In this document: one piece after another, positions 36,470 through 45,796 of the stretch
Layout: each line of letters opens with the position of its first letter
Numbering within the stretch: position 1 is the stretch's first letter
The notes under the pieces: model-generated
The model's database searches: none
What the model was told of the DNA's origin: nothing
The model's input: only the letters and a program-made list of their open reading frames with translations
Made by a program: the position numbers and the translations under genes
DNA from: Bdellovibrionales bacterium
Lineage (GTDB): Bacteria > Bdellovibrionota > Bdellovibrionia > Bdellovibrionales > JAGQZY01
Assembly (NCBI GenBank): GCA_964230645.1
Contig: CAXRHT010000002.1
Span: 1,824,001 to 1,888,000, forward strand
Direction of reading: 5' to 3'
Length of the DNA: 64,000 bases

Positions 36470-38041
36470 CTATTCCGATAGAGTCACTAAATCAAAATCG
36501 ATAGTGTAACCTTGCTTCCCAATCTGTAAAGTTTTCACCCGTGGAGATGTAACGTAGCTTGGAAAACTAGCTCCTAAAGGCACCTGTATATAGTTCTCAT
36601 GAAAGACTTTTTGTATCTTCTCCAGAATTTTAGCCTTCTTGAAAGTTGATGGCTGCTCTCTAAATAATGTTAAATATTTCCTCAACGACTCATTTATTGA
36701 AGGTGCGTGGGCAGAGCGCACTTCATTTTCAATATAGGTTGATAATAGAATTGTTGGGTCTGCCACCAGGCCACCCATTCTATAAATATAAAAAGAAACT
36801 TTAGAATCGTCCTTAGTAAAAGAGTGTTGCAAAGTCGGTTTTAAATTCACGTCTAATCCTACACGGGCCAACTGCATCTGTACCTCTTTGACATAGGCGG
36901 GTGTTTCAGAACCTGGGAGACCGTGGTACCAACCCACAAGTGGCGACTTTGAAAATTCTTTTTGTATCTTATCTCGGTCAACTAATGGCTTATTGGTATT
37001 GAAAGGGTCATCTAATCTTCCATACAAATGGATCGGAATTAAACTATAAGAAGGGACAGTGCTTGGTAGGTGCTGGAAAAGCATTTTTCGATCAATAGCG
37101 CGAGCAACGAGCGACCTAACTTCTATTTTTTTCGCCCATTTATTACTAAAATTAAAATCAAGCACAACCATTGAAGAATTAATACGACCTCGTTGATATT
37201 CGTAGTCTTTATAATTGAAGAGTTTTTTCGCCGTTGGACCACACCCAATATCCACCCTGTTTTTTTTCGGGTCACCAATCTCAACAAACTTGATAAGGTT
37301 TGGGCAGTCCTCACAAGAATTAACTCTCTTTACAACCACCGAGACGCCTTCTCTACTAAAATTTACTACTCTATAGGGCCCTAATCCGATAGGAAATTGA
37401 CTTGTGTCATCCGAAATGAGTGCACTCTTTTTAGGTTGAACTGGAGAGGAATACAGTGAAAGTTTGTAAAGAAAGTAAGGATCATTTTGCTTCAAAACAA
37501 TCTTGAGCCTCTGATCACTTATTCTCTGGATACCTTCTACCGACCCTTCGGAAAAAGCATGATTGCCTCTCAACTTATCAATACCGACAATTTGATTCAA
37601 AAAATCCCTTTCAAAATCCCCCTCATCTTCAAAGAACTTTCTAAGAATTGCATACTCAACATCTTCGATTTTAAGTTTTTGCCCATCATGAAAAGTTAAG
37701 TTCTCTGCTAATGTAAGGGTGTATGAACGAGACCCAGATTCCCAAACCCAGTCCTTAAAAACTCCTTTTTCTAATTCAAAATTTTCTGATATTTTGATCA
37801 GGGGTAAATGCACAGCGGAGTTAAAGATTTGTTTCGTTTGATTAGATGTCTGTGGGTCCCATGGCATTTTACCTAATGAGGTGACTTGAACTATTAGTGG
37901 CTTAGAATCTCTTTTATCTTTGTTTTCCTTCTTTGGATCAATGCTTTCCCAACGCAGAAAGAAAAAACAGATAAAACCCAAAATTGTTAAGAAAAACGCA
38001 AGCTGCTTAGTCTTTATCTTTTTCAAGAGACTCCTTTTCAA
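36470..38041 (-). CDS. ABC transporter substrate-binding protein, family 5 (orphan)
   Basis: YTLTL...FHDG..LKIEDV; PIGLGPYRV. Confidence 0.8.
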   Translation of the reverse strand: MKRSLLKKIKTKQLAFFLTILGFICFFFLRWESIDPKKENKDKRDSKPLIVQVTSLGKMPWDPQTSNQTKQIFNSAVHLPLIKISENFELEKGVFKDWVWESGSRSYTLTLAENLTFHDGQKLKIEDVEYAILRKFFEDEGDFERDFLNQIVGIDKLRGNHAFSEGSVEGIQRISDQRLKIVLKQNDPYFLYKLSLYSSPVQPKKSALISDDTSQFPIGLGPYRVVNFSREGVSVVVKRVNSCEDCPNLIKFVEIGDPKKNRVDIGCGPTAKKLFNYKDYEYQRGRINSSMVVLDFNFSNKWAKKIEVRSLVARAIDRKMLFQHLPSTVPSYSLIPIHLYGRLDDPFNTNKPLVDRDKIQKEFSKSPLVGWYHGLPGSETPAYVKEVQMQLARVGLDVNLKPTLQHSFTKDDSKVSFYIYRMGGLVADPTILLSTYIENEVRSAHAPSINESLRKYLTLFREQPSTFKKAKILEKIQKVFHENYIQVPLGASFPSYVTSPRVKTLQIGKQGYTIDFDLVTLSE

Positions 38042-38127
38042 AATATAATGGCATTCTATCGATAACTATTAAACCATAAATAGAGTCTAAAAGAATTTCC
38101 CTTGAGGAGGGACTCACTTCTTTTTTC

Positions 38128-38718
38128 TTAATTTACGACGATCGACTCTTCGTTGAGAGTTTCTTCTTCAGAGCCTTGCACTTCAATTGTTTTTGTTACT
38201 CGGTAAGGTTCAGTACAATCCCACAGCCTTGTGTCTTCTGTTGGGAATACTCCAGTGTGCATATATGTGTTGAAAAGGCTCCGTTGATTGAAGATCATTC
38301 GAACCTTTTCTGCTGTATTTTGAAAATCGTAAACTAAGCGGTGGGTACGATCGATCGAGCCTTCCATTGAAAGTTCGGTCTCTAGATCAGGTTGATCGAG
38401 AAATTCATTGATCGCTTCTGGTGTTAATTCACTAGGTACTCCAGGATGGATGCTTAAAACTCCTCTGGAACGAAAAGGTATACGATTAGGATCAGGCTGA
38501 TCTTCTAAGAAATTCTCTAGCGTAGGGATATTGTGATTTCCACTCTCTCTCATAGGATCGTATATTTGATCAATGACTAATGTATTTCGAGGATCAGAGC
38601 CTCGGGTAACTACTTTTAGTTCGGTACAAGCCATTCGCATGACATCAACTTGCTGAGTTTCGGCAAAAACCGTTTTTGCACTGATAATTGTAATAAAGGC
38701 TATAAAAATTCTATTCAT
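38128..38718 (-). CDS. Secreted hypothetical protein, triad member C
   Basis: Signal peptide; two Cys; ends NEESIVVN. Confidence 0.8.
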   Translation of the reverse strand: MNRIFIAFITIISAKTVFAETQQVDVMRMACTELKVVTRGSDPRNTLVIDQIYDPMRESGNHNIPTLENFLEDQPDPNRIPFRSRGVLSIHPGVPSELTPEAINEFLDQPDLETELSMEGSIDRTHRLVYDFQNTAEKVRMIFNQRSLFNTYMHTGVFPTEDTRLWDCTEPYRVTKTIEVQGSEEETLNEESIVVN

Positions 38719-38735
38719 GTGGGACTCATTTATCC

Positions 38736-39326
38736 TTAATTTACGACTATAGTTTCTTCATTAAAAACTTCCTCTTCGGAACCTCGCGCCTCAATTATTT
38801 TTGTCACGCGGTAAGGTTCTGAGCACTCAAAAAGTCTTGAGCTTTCGGTAGGAAAATCTCCAGTCCTCATGAATGTACTTTGTAAACTCGACTGATCAAA
38901 ATCCATTCTTATTTTCTGCTCAGTATTCTCAAATTGGTACACTATACGGTGAGTTCGATTTATAGATCCTTCTACAGAAAATTCGGTTTCAAGACCTGGC
39001 TGATCTATAAAGGCGTCTATAGCCTCTGGATTTAAGTCCTCTGGGATTCCTGGATGTATACTTAAAATTCCACGGGACACAAATGGAAGTTGATTAGGAT
39101 TGGGATGTTCCTCCAAGAATCTATCTAAGTTAGGAAAACTAGGATTTCCACTTTCAGTCATAGGATCATAAACTTGCTCTACTATTAACGTATTTTCAGG
39201 ATCAGCTCCTTGCGACGAAAGAATCCTTTCAGTGCAAGCCATTCGCATTACTTCGACCTGGAGGGTTTCTGCTAAACCTGTGTTTGCGCTGACAATTGAA
39301 AAAATAACTATAAAAATTCGACTCAT
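38736..39326 (-). CDS. Secreted hypothetical protein, triad member B (paralog of C)
   Basis: Colinear 196 aa; ends NEETIVVN. Confidence 0.8.
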   Translation of the reverse strand: MSRIFIVIFSIVSANTGLAETLQVEVMRMACTERILSSQGADPENTLIVEQVYDPMTESGNPSFPNLDRFLEEHPNPNQLPFVSRGILSIHPGIPEDLNPEAIDAFIDQPGLETEFSVEGSINRTHRIVYQFENTEQKIRMDFDQSSLQSTFMRTGDFPTESSRLFECSEPYRVTKIIEARGSEEEVFNEETIVVN

Positions 39327-39344
39327 TTAATCTCTCTACTCGTT

Positions 39345-39932
39345 TCAATTTACGACAATTGACTCTTCACTGAGGACTTCCTCATTCAGTACTCCAGAAC
39401 CTTGAGAAGATGGAGATCGGCCCCGAGAATGTAATTCGATACCTTCAGAACATTCAAAAAAGATTCTTTTGCCATCAATTACAAAAGTTCTGTCCTGGAA
39501 GCCCTGCTCCAGCCCAATAGCACCTTCAAAGCTATGAGCTCCATTTCCACCCTCTAATTGCATCTGGCCAAGTATATCGAGAACCCGAACATCAACCTCA
39601 GTAGAAAATAAAGGAGCTTCTGATGACTGTCCGTCTCTGTTATATACCTCAACTAGCATCCTGTGACCTGGGCTTCGCAAGCCACCAAAATAGGAATTAG
39701 TAATTCGGTCGTATCGCTCAAACATAGGATTTTCGTCAATTTGTGTAAGCTCAAGTCTGTATCGTTCGGGGTTATTCTCGTGCCAAAAAGTATTCACAGC
39801 TTCGTCATCAATTTGGATTGTCGCTTGCACACATGACATTTCAACTCGAGAATTCTCCAAATCAAGATCCTGAGCCTGTGAAAACGTTGATAAAAAAACT
39901 ATGGTTAAAGCAGTTGAGATATTTTTGATCAT
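39345..39932 (-). CDS. Secreted hypothetical protein, triad member A
   Basis: Signal peptide; MSC...FECSE; ends SEESIVVN. Confidence 0.8.
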   Translation of the reverse strand: MIKNISTALTIVFLSTFSQAQDLDLENSRVEMSCVQATIQIDDEAVNTFWHENNPERYRLELTQIDENPMFERYDRITNSYFGGLRSPGHRMLVEVYNRDGQSSEAPLFSTEVDVRVLDILGQMQLEGGNGAHSFEGAIGLEQGFQDRTFVIDGKRIFFECSEGIELHSRGRSPSSQGSGVLNEEVLSEESIVVN

Positions 39933-39964
39933 TACAATCCCCTTACGTTATATCTTCTATTACC

Positions 39965-39980
39965 ATCAAGATTCGTGCCA
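39965..39980 (-). promoter_or_regulatory. Sigma54-type promoter of triad operon
   Basis: TGGCAC-GAATC-TTGAT. Confidence 0.7.
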
Positions 39981-40222
39981 CCCGTTTGCACTTATTTCGC
40001 GTTTCCTCATGGGCGGTGGGCTCCGTGCAGAAAAAGTTACCAAGGTGTCAACTTTTCCTACAGTTGCTCAGAATGAGACGGAATAGATTTTTTCATTTTT
40101 CCCAAATTGCAAAACCCATTTTCTTTTTCGATATGTCATGTCTCATCACGAGAACTTTTTTCATATTTATCGGTTCAATCAACTACCTAGGGTACAATAT
40201 AGAAGACATTGGGGGATGGTTA

Positions 40223-41041
40223 ATGAAAAGTTTAGTATGCTTTCTAGCGTCACTTACATTTACCTGGTCACTTTACGCGAATGTGACAAGTTCCGTGAGA
40301 CCTCAAGCTCGCCCTCAGTGTGGTGATGGTGCAGTACTTTTTGATCAGTCTGTGGTGGAAGCACAGCTCCTTGAGCTCCAGAATAGAATTTCTCATCAAA
40401 AACAAATGAACCGAATGATAATTGCAAATCAAGGCATAGAGACCGATGAGGCCACTGAGCAAGCGCGAATGATTGAAGCGAATCGCGGAACAATATGTGA
40501 CATCGACACCATTCCAAATCAAGTAGTGCATTACGCTGAAGGAGCCTGTGGATTTGATGATGTCGAACAAATATGTACCGACAATAGGGGTAGAGCCGAG
40601 GCTCGAAACCAATTCGTCCTTTCACAAAGTGCTGATAACGAAACTGGTTCCGCAACTATTCGAGAAACCTACAACACCATGGTTCAACAGTTCAATAATA
40701 CCATAGAAGGTAACCAAACCTGCTCACAAGCTGCTCAAGCTAATATCGTGGAGAATCCAATTTGTCTAAATACCTTAGAAGCTTTTGCCTACCGGGAACT
40801 TGCCGAGGATTATATTTCTCGGTGTCAGGAATCTCAAATCCAAGCAATTTACGACTATATTGGACAAGGCTTAGAGAGGATTGGTAACAATTTCCAGGAG
40901 AAGGTAATAAAGCCCCATTGTGAAGCTCGTTCTTTTGAGCATTCTATCGCCAGCTTCATCATCAACTTTGAAATCCAAATGGCTAATCGTAATGACCCAG
41001 TAGAATTACGTGCCCCAGCCTCTGAGAGTGGTCAAGAATGA
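40223..41041 (+). CDS. Secreted Cys-rich hypothetical protein
   Basis: Start MKSLVC at 40223 after GGGGGA; signal peptide; SSVRPQARP; 8 Cys in mature part. Confidence 0.75.
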   Translation: MKSLVCFLASLTFTWSLYANVTSSVRPQARPQCGDGAVLFDQSVVEAQLLELQNRISHQKQMNRMIIANQGIETDEATEQARMIEANRGTICDIDTIPNQVVHYAEGACGFDDVEQICTDNRGRAEARNQFVLSQSADNETGSATIRETYNTMVQQFNNTIEGNQTCSQAAQANIVENPICLNTLEAFAYRELAEDYISRCQESQIQAIYDYIGQGLERIGNNFQEKVIKPHCEARSFEHSIASFIINFEIQMANRNDPVELRAPASESGQE

Positions 41042-42108
41042 AACCTCTCCCTTTAGTCTTTCTTCTTTTTTTTGCTCTACCCGCTTTGGGACAACAACCT
41101 CAATTTGATCCTCAAAGAGTGTTTAGAAGTGACGCCTTATTTCCACAAGAAGGAGGAGCTCCTAATGTACAAGATCAGTTAGGTACTAATCTCGGATTAC
41201 AATTTAGGAGACCGACCCCCTTACCACCATTACCCCAAAGGCCTTCTCCAGAAAGAAATGTGTTCGTTCAGCCTCCGAGTGGTCCCAGAGGGATCGGCGC
41301 TGGCAATGGTGGGCAAATCACTGATGATGGAGCGAATGTTTCAGACGCTTCAAGTAGCACCAATTCCGCAGAGCAAGGAGAGAATCCAAATAATGAGTCT
41401 GGGAGTTTTAACCAGCAAAGTCCTGGTGGAATGAACACTGCTCAAGGTGGATTTAATAATCCATCGGGTGGCGGAATTTCGGCGGCTAGTGTTCCTGCTG
41501 GAAGTGGTGGTCCTGTGGGAAGAGGCAGTGGAAATTATGAGGCTGACTTTGGGAACAACCAAGGGAATGTGAAGGGAGGACTATTGTATGCTGATGATAC
41601 TCCCACTCACTCTAATCCTGTCATTAACAATCCAGCAAATTCGGCTCTAAAAAAACGAGAGTCACAACGAGATCAATCTCCTCAAGGAGGAGCCTTTGCT
41701 TCAGCTGGGGCAGGCGCTACGCCTAGCGCTCCGACCGGTGGAGGTACTAGTCGCCCTGCAGCCCTACCTCAAGCACAACCGGATGGACTCTTGGATCGAC
41801 TTAAAAATATCGCCACTAATTTAGGGGAAAAGTTTTTTGGTCTGTCAGGAAGTGGCGGCAAAAATAACTCTCATAAAGGCATATCTCGAAATGTTGGAGC
41901 TGCTGCAAATAACAAAAGCCCCTCACAAGGATCAACTCCCGATATGAGAGGACTTTTACAACAACGTCTGAATCAATATCGCGGGCTTGCCAGCCAACTG
42001 GAATTTGCGAAATCAAACACTCATTTGTTTGGTAATATGTGCAAACACTACCGTGCTTACGCCTTAAAGCACCGTATTCCCAATGATGAGTCGGGTTGCC
42101 CTAAATAA
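41038..42108 (+). CDS. Secreted low-complexity (G/P/S/N-rich) protein
   Basis: Signal peptide; ATGA coupling to upstream gene; C-terminal Cys pair. Confidence 0.75.
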   Translation: MKPLPLVFLLFFALPALGQQPQFDPQRVFRSDALFPQEGGAPNVQDQLGTNLGLQFRRPTPLPPLPQRPSPERNVFVQPPSGPRGIGAGNGGQITDDGANVSDASSSTNSAEQGENPNNESGSFNQQSPGGMNTAQGGFNNPSGGGISAASVPAGSGGPVGRGSGNYEADFGNNQGNVKGGLLYADDTPTHSNPVINNPANSALKKRESQRDQSPQGGAFASAGAGATPSAPTGGGTSRPAALPQAQPDGLLDRLKNIATNLGEKFFGLSGSGGKNNSHKGISRNVGAAANNKSPSQGSTPDMRGLLQQRLNQYRGLASQLEFAKSNTHLFGNMCKHYRAYALKHRIPNDESGCPK

Positions 42109-42125
42109 CTTTTTATGCTTTCTAT

Positions 42126-42422
42126 TTAGAATAAGACTGTCGCTAGTAGACCCATTATTATGAGAAAGTAACTTCGCCAATAGAGCTCTTTATTTTTTTC
42201 ACTTAAATATTTAGGACCCACTTGTAATAACTTACCTTTTCTAAATTGTTCGACCTTGGAAATTGCTAACAGTAAGACACCAAAAATTGCTGCGCATAAA
42301 CCAACTCTAGCTAAAACAGATAGTTCATTAATGAGTAAGTAATTGGGCTCTAGGTAATATAAAAATGCCAACAATACCGGTAATACAAAAAGAGTGTAAA
42401 AGGTTCTAGCCGAGTTTCTCAT
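42126..42422 (-). CDS. Small hypothetical membrane protein
   Basis: Three TM segments; AT-rich. Confidence 0.5.
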   Translation of the reverse strand: MRNSARTFYTLFVLPVLLAFLYYLEPNYLLINELSVLARVGLCAAIFGVLLLAISKVEQFRKGKLLQVGPKYLSEKNKELYWRSYFLIIMGLLATVLF

Positions 42423-42667
42423 ACTTATATGTTACCCGACTCTCTTCAGCTTCCAAAATCTCTGTGTCATATCAAAACAAAGAAAACTGAATAAATCGTC
42501 GACAGGACCTTGGGTGAAGGTCTTGGAGGTGTTTCAGTATTGCTTTTTTTGTTACAGGCTCGAAGCTACGAGGTGGTGGGTCGCTAAACCTTCAGGACTA
42601 TTGGCTTATTAAGAGTTTTTAAGGATTTTTTGATTCAGACATGGTGGTTTTCGCCGATGAAAAGAAC

Positions 42668-43747
42668 ATGACTGTTCAATTTAGAATTCTTAAAAAAGTA
42701 ATCGTGTTTGTGTTTTCCTTTTCATTTCTCTTTCTTGCTGCTTGTGGTGAGAGTCCTAATTCTGTTGATGGGATTGATGAGTTGGAATCAGCAGCTCCGG
42801 ATGAGGGGCTTAATGAGGATCTCTCACCCGATGAGCCCAAAGCTTGTCTTGGTAAAGTGGTGACTGAGTCTTCTAACCTTAATATCCGCACCAGTCCTGA
42901 GATCAGCGATAATATTTGTGACAGCATTGCCTCGCAAAGTTATGTGACTCTTTTAAGTCTTGAACCTGAAAACGGTTTCTACTCTGTTAAAACGGATCTC
43001 TGTGAAGAAGAGGAGTTTCAGTTTGTCTCAGCAAGCTTTATTGAACTGAGCGATGACTGTTTTCCTCAAGAAGATGAAGAAGACGACGATGACACCGATC
43101 CAAATCCTGAACCTCAAATCCTCGATGACCTGGGTCAGTACATTGAAGAGAACTTAAAATTTGTTAGTGTCGTGCGTGAATTGGTTCGTGGTGGTGCTAA
43201 GGGAAGAGTGGAGGTTTTCCAACTTCCTGGACAAGGTGAAAACCTAATGTGCGGCATTAAACATATTCGCTCTTACCGCTCCGAAGCCTTCCAAGGGAAA
43301 GACACTCTTTGCTCTTGGACAGCCGTCGCCCAAGAGTGGCAGCAAAAACACTGTCCCGACAATGCTCCCCACTGCCGAATTATGATGGGAGATGCTAGTT
43401 TTGGTGAGAGAATGCCTTCAAGCTGGCCGCACTCTACCCACAGGCGGGGTTGGTGTATGGACATCTGGCCCATGAGAGATCAAGGCTGTGGTGAAAAAGA
43501 GGTGACCTGGAAACAGTCTTGTTACAATCGTGATATGACAAAAGACTTTGTGAAGCTTCTTATTAAGCATGGGGCTGATAAAGGAAACCAGCTTTTCTTT
43601 AATGATCCTCAAATTCCTGATGTTCGTTACTTAAGTAACCATGATGATCATATCCATGTTTGCTTTAAACCCAGTAACGGTACTGTTCAGCAAAAGTGTA
43701 ATTCTACGAAAGTGGACTCTCGCTTTTGTCCGGAATTCTTTGAATAA
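42668..43747 (+). CDS. Lipoprotein with SH3b-like domain and MepA-like (LAS) murein endopeptidase domain
   Basis: Lipobox LAAC; LNIRTSP; HSTHRRGWCMD and HDDHIHV zinc motifs. Confidence 0.8.
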   Translation: MTVQFRILKKVIVFVFSFSFLFLAACGESPNSVDGIDELESAAPDEGLNEDLSPDEPKACLGKVVTESSNLNIRTSPEISDNICDSIASQSYVTLLSLEPENGFYSVKTDLCEEEEFQFVSASFIELSDDCFPQEDEEDDDDTDPNPEPQILDDLGQYIEENLKFVSVVRELVRGGAKGRVEVFQLPGQGENLMCGIKHIRSYRSEAFQGKDTLCSWTAVAQEWQQKHCPDNAPHCRIMMGDASFGERMPSSWPHSTHRRGWCMDIWPMRDQGCGEKEVTWKQSCYNRDMTKDFVKLLIKHGADKGNQLFFNDPQIPDVRYLSNHDDHIHVCFKPSNGTVQQKCNSTKVDSRFCPEFFE

Positions 43748-43763
43748 ATTCATTACCTTAAAT

Positions 43764-43792
43764 AAGCCACCTCTATTGTGATGTGGCTTTTT
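43764..43792 (+). terminator. Intrinsic terminator
   Basis: AAGCCAC/GTGGCTT stem followed by T. Confidence 0.55.
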
Positions 43793-43898
43793 CAATTGAG
43801 GCTCTCTTGCTCCTAAGATGGGCTTTTTTTAAGTTTAAACACAAATATTTAATCTTCAGTGCAATCAAAATCAGCAAAAATCAGTCATTCTTTAATGC

Positions 43899-44288
43899 AT
43901 GACTTGGATGCGTTTACTTATATTTTTACCTTTATTCTCGTGTGCGGTTGTTCCCGCGATTGCTAACACCGATGACTCCCGCAAAGGAGAAAGTCTTGAG
44001 TACTCAACCATTGAGCAAGCACAAAAAAAACTCAATGAGTTTGGATACGAGCTTGTTGAAGATGGAATTCTTGGCTTTCAAACTCGCAATGCTATTTCGA
44101 AGTTTCAACAAAACCACAATCTCGATCCCAATGGTCGACTTGACCAAAAAACTCTGCAAGCACTCGGGGTGGAAGACGATGGACATGTGGGAGTTCCCAC
44201 GGCCATGAATCCCAACGATTTAACACGCACCACTTCTCAAGATAAAAAGATGGAAAATTCAAACCAGAAGGAAAATAACAATGAATAA
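43899..44288 (+). CDS. Secreted peptidoglycan-binding domain protein
   Basis: QKKLNEFGY..EDGILGFQTRNAISKFQ..L..NGRLD..TL. Confidence 0.85.
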   Translation: MTWMRLLIFLPLFSCAVVPAIANTDDSRKGESLEYSTIEQAQKKLNEFGYELVEDGILGFQTRNAISKFQQNHNLDPNGRLDQKTLQALGVEDDGHVGVPTAMNPNDLTRTTSQDKKMENSNQKENNNE

Positions 44289-44805
44289 ATGGATTCTCAT
44301 GAGTCTTTTAATTTTTACCCTTCCCGCCTGCCAAACGGCCACACCTTATAAGGCTGCCAGCAAGGGGAATTCTTTTTATGGATACAAAGCCAAAAAACTA
44401 GGGCCCGATACTTATAGGGTTAGTTTTAGAGGAAACGAACACACCTCACGTCAACAGGTTGAACGCTATATGTCCCTGAGAGTGGCAGAACTAGCCAAAG
44501 AAGAAAACAAACAGTATGTGGAATTTTTAGAAAGAGACTCCAAAGAAATCACTGAGGTGGATAAAGATTATCGAAACGTCACCTACCCTTACCCGAGTGT
44601 CTATGGGTCAATGAGCATTAATCGCTTTCGCTATCCCTACTATCCCGTAGGTTATGGCTGGTCTTATCAAGCTCAACCGGTCATCGATATAGAGGAGAGA
44701 TACACTTCAACGGCTTATGTGAGATTTCACGATAAGCTTGAAAAAGGCGAGGAGTTTGTTTCTCGAAATATTATTCTTGATAACGTTGAAACTTCAAAAC
44801 AGTAA
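44281..44805 (+). CDS. Conserved lipoprotein (CC0125/CC1285-like)
   Basis: LPAC..TPY; YRVSFRGN..TSR..VE..LR.AEL. Confidence 0.7.
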   Translation: MNKWILMSLLIFTLPACQTATPYKAASKGNSFYGYKAKKLGPDTYRVSFRGNEHTSRQQVERYMSLRVAELAKEENKQYVEFLERDSKEITEVDKDYRNVTYPYPSVYGSMSINRFRYPYYPVGYGWSYQAQPVIDIEERYTSTAYVRFHDKLEKGEEFVSRNIILDNVETSKQ

Positions 44806-44839
44806 ATTCAACACTAGTATTTATTAACAGGAGAAACCC

Positions 44840-45091
44840 ATGCCAGCCGAACTAACACCCTCTATAACTAAACTCTACTCTCAGACGAAACAAAGCTCCG
44901 GAGCCACAAACAAATTTTTGTTTGGACTCTCCGCTGCTGCAATCTTAATGACCCAAAAGAAATACTTTTCAAAGCCCTCTCTCGGAACGGCTTTGGCTTC
45001 CACTCTTTTTACCTGGGGCGCTTTTAATTTAGCGACTCATCTTTTTGTTGAAAACGACATCGAAGATCGTCTTCCTAAACGCTTAAAGTAG
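44840..45091 (+). CDS. Small hypothetical protein
   Basis: AGGAG RBS; two hydrophobic stretches. Confidence 0.55.
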   Translation: MPAELTPSITKLYSQTKQSSGATNKFLFGLSAAAILMTQKKYFSKPSLGTALASTLFTWGAFNLATHLFVENDIEDRLPKRLK

Positions 45092-45202
45092 GAAGTAACT
45101 GGTCCCGAGATTTCGTTGATGATTGTAGATTTGGCGATCTTAAAGTTCACTTTTCAAATAAGTGAGATCATATTACGATTGGCAAAATCCAATACTTATT
45201 GG

Positions 45203-45796
45203 CTATTTCGTGAGTTTTACTTTGGAGCGCTTGCGTAAATAAACGTCAGCTTCTCTTTCTTTTTTCTTTTTTCTCTTCTTTTTCACAACCTTTTCCACAG
45301 CCACCATTTCTTCTGACTTTTTATCCGTATCGATAAAAGAAGAGTATTTCATTTGTACTTTTATAAGAAGCTGATCGAGGTGCTGACTTAAGGGACTTGA
45401 AAGTCTTTTTACCTTCGCGTTGTAACGATCCATGCGGGAGTCAGACTCATCAAGCACGTGTGCGTAATCTGGGTGCTCTTTTTGTAAATGCTCTCTTGTG
45501 CGGTCCATATTTCTTCTTAAAGAAATAAGTTCGGCGTGAATCTCTACAATCCGCTGAAGAGTTTGTTCAATACGGGCTTGCTCTCGGGTATTTTTCTTTT
45601 TCTCCACCAGCACGTCGAGCTCTTGTTGATTTTTGTAGATCTCTCTTTCAAGCTCGCGAATCTCAAACTTGTGGTCCTCCCAAGGCTTAGCTTGGGCCTC
45701 TACCCCACTTAATAAAAGGATTAAACCTAAGAAACTATAAATCCGCTTCTTCGCCTGCAATACCCTCTCCTTCGTCAAAATCTTCCTCGGGCTCAA
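45203..45796 (-). CDS. Hypothetical secreted coiled-coil protein (true start uncertain)
   Basis: Hydrophobic segment ending AQA; heptads; basic tail. Confidence 0.65.
   Translation of the reverse strand: MSPRKILTKERVLQAKKRIYSFLGLILLLSGVEAQAKPWEDHKFEIRELEREIYKNQQELDVLVEKKKNTREQARIEQTLQRIVEIHAELISLRRNMDRTREHLQKEHPDYAHVLDESDSRMDRYNAKVKRLSSPLSQHLDQLLIKVQMKYSSFIDTDKKSEEMVAVEKVVKKKRKKKKEREADVYLRKRSKVKLTK

Noticed and set aside
39986..40222. 79-codon N-terminal extension of the 351-aa ORF
   Set aside because: Covers the divergent regulatory region; RBS and signal peptide indicate start at 40223
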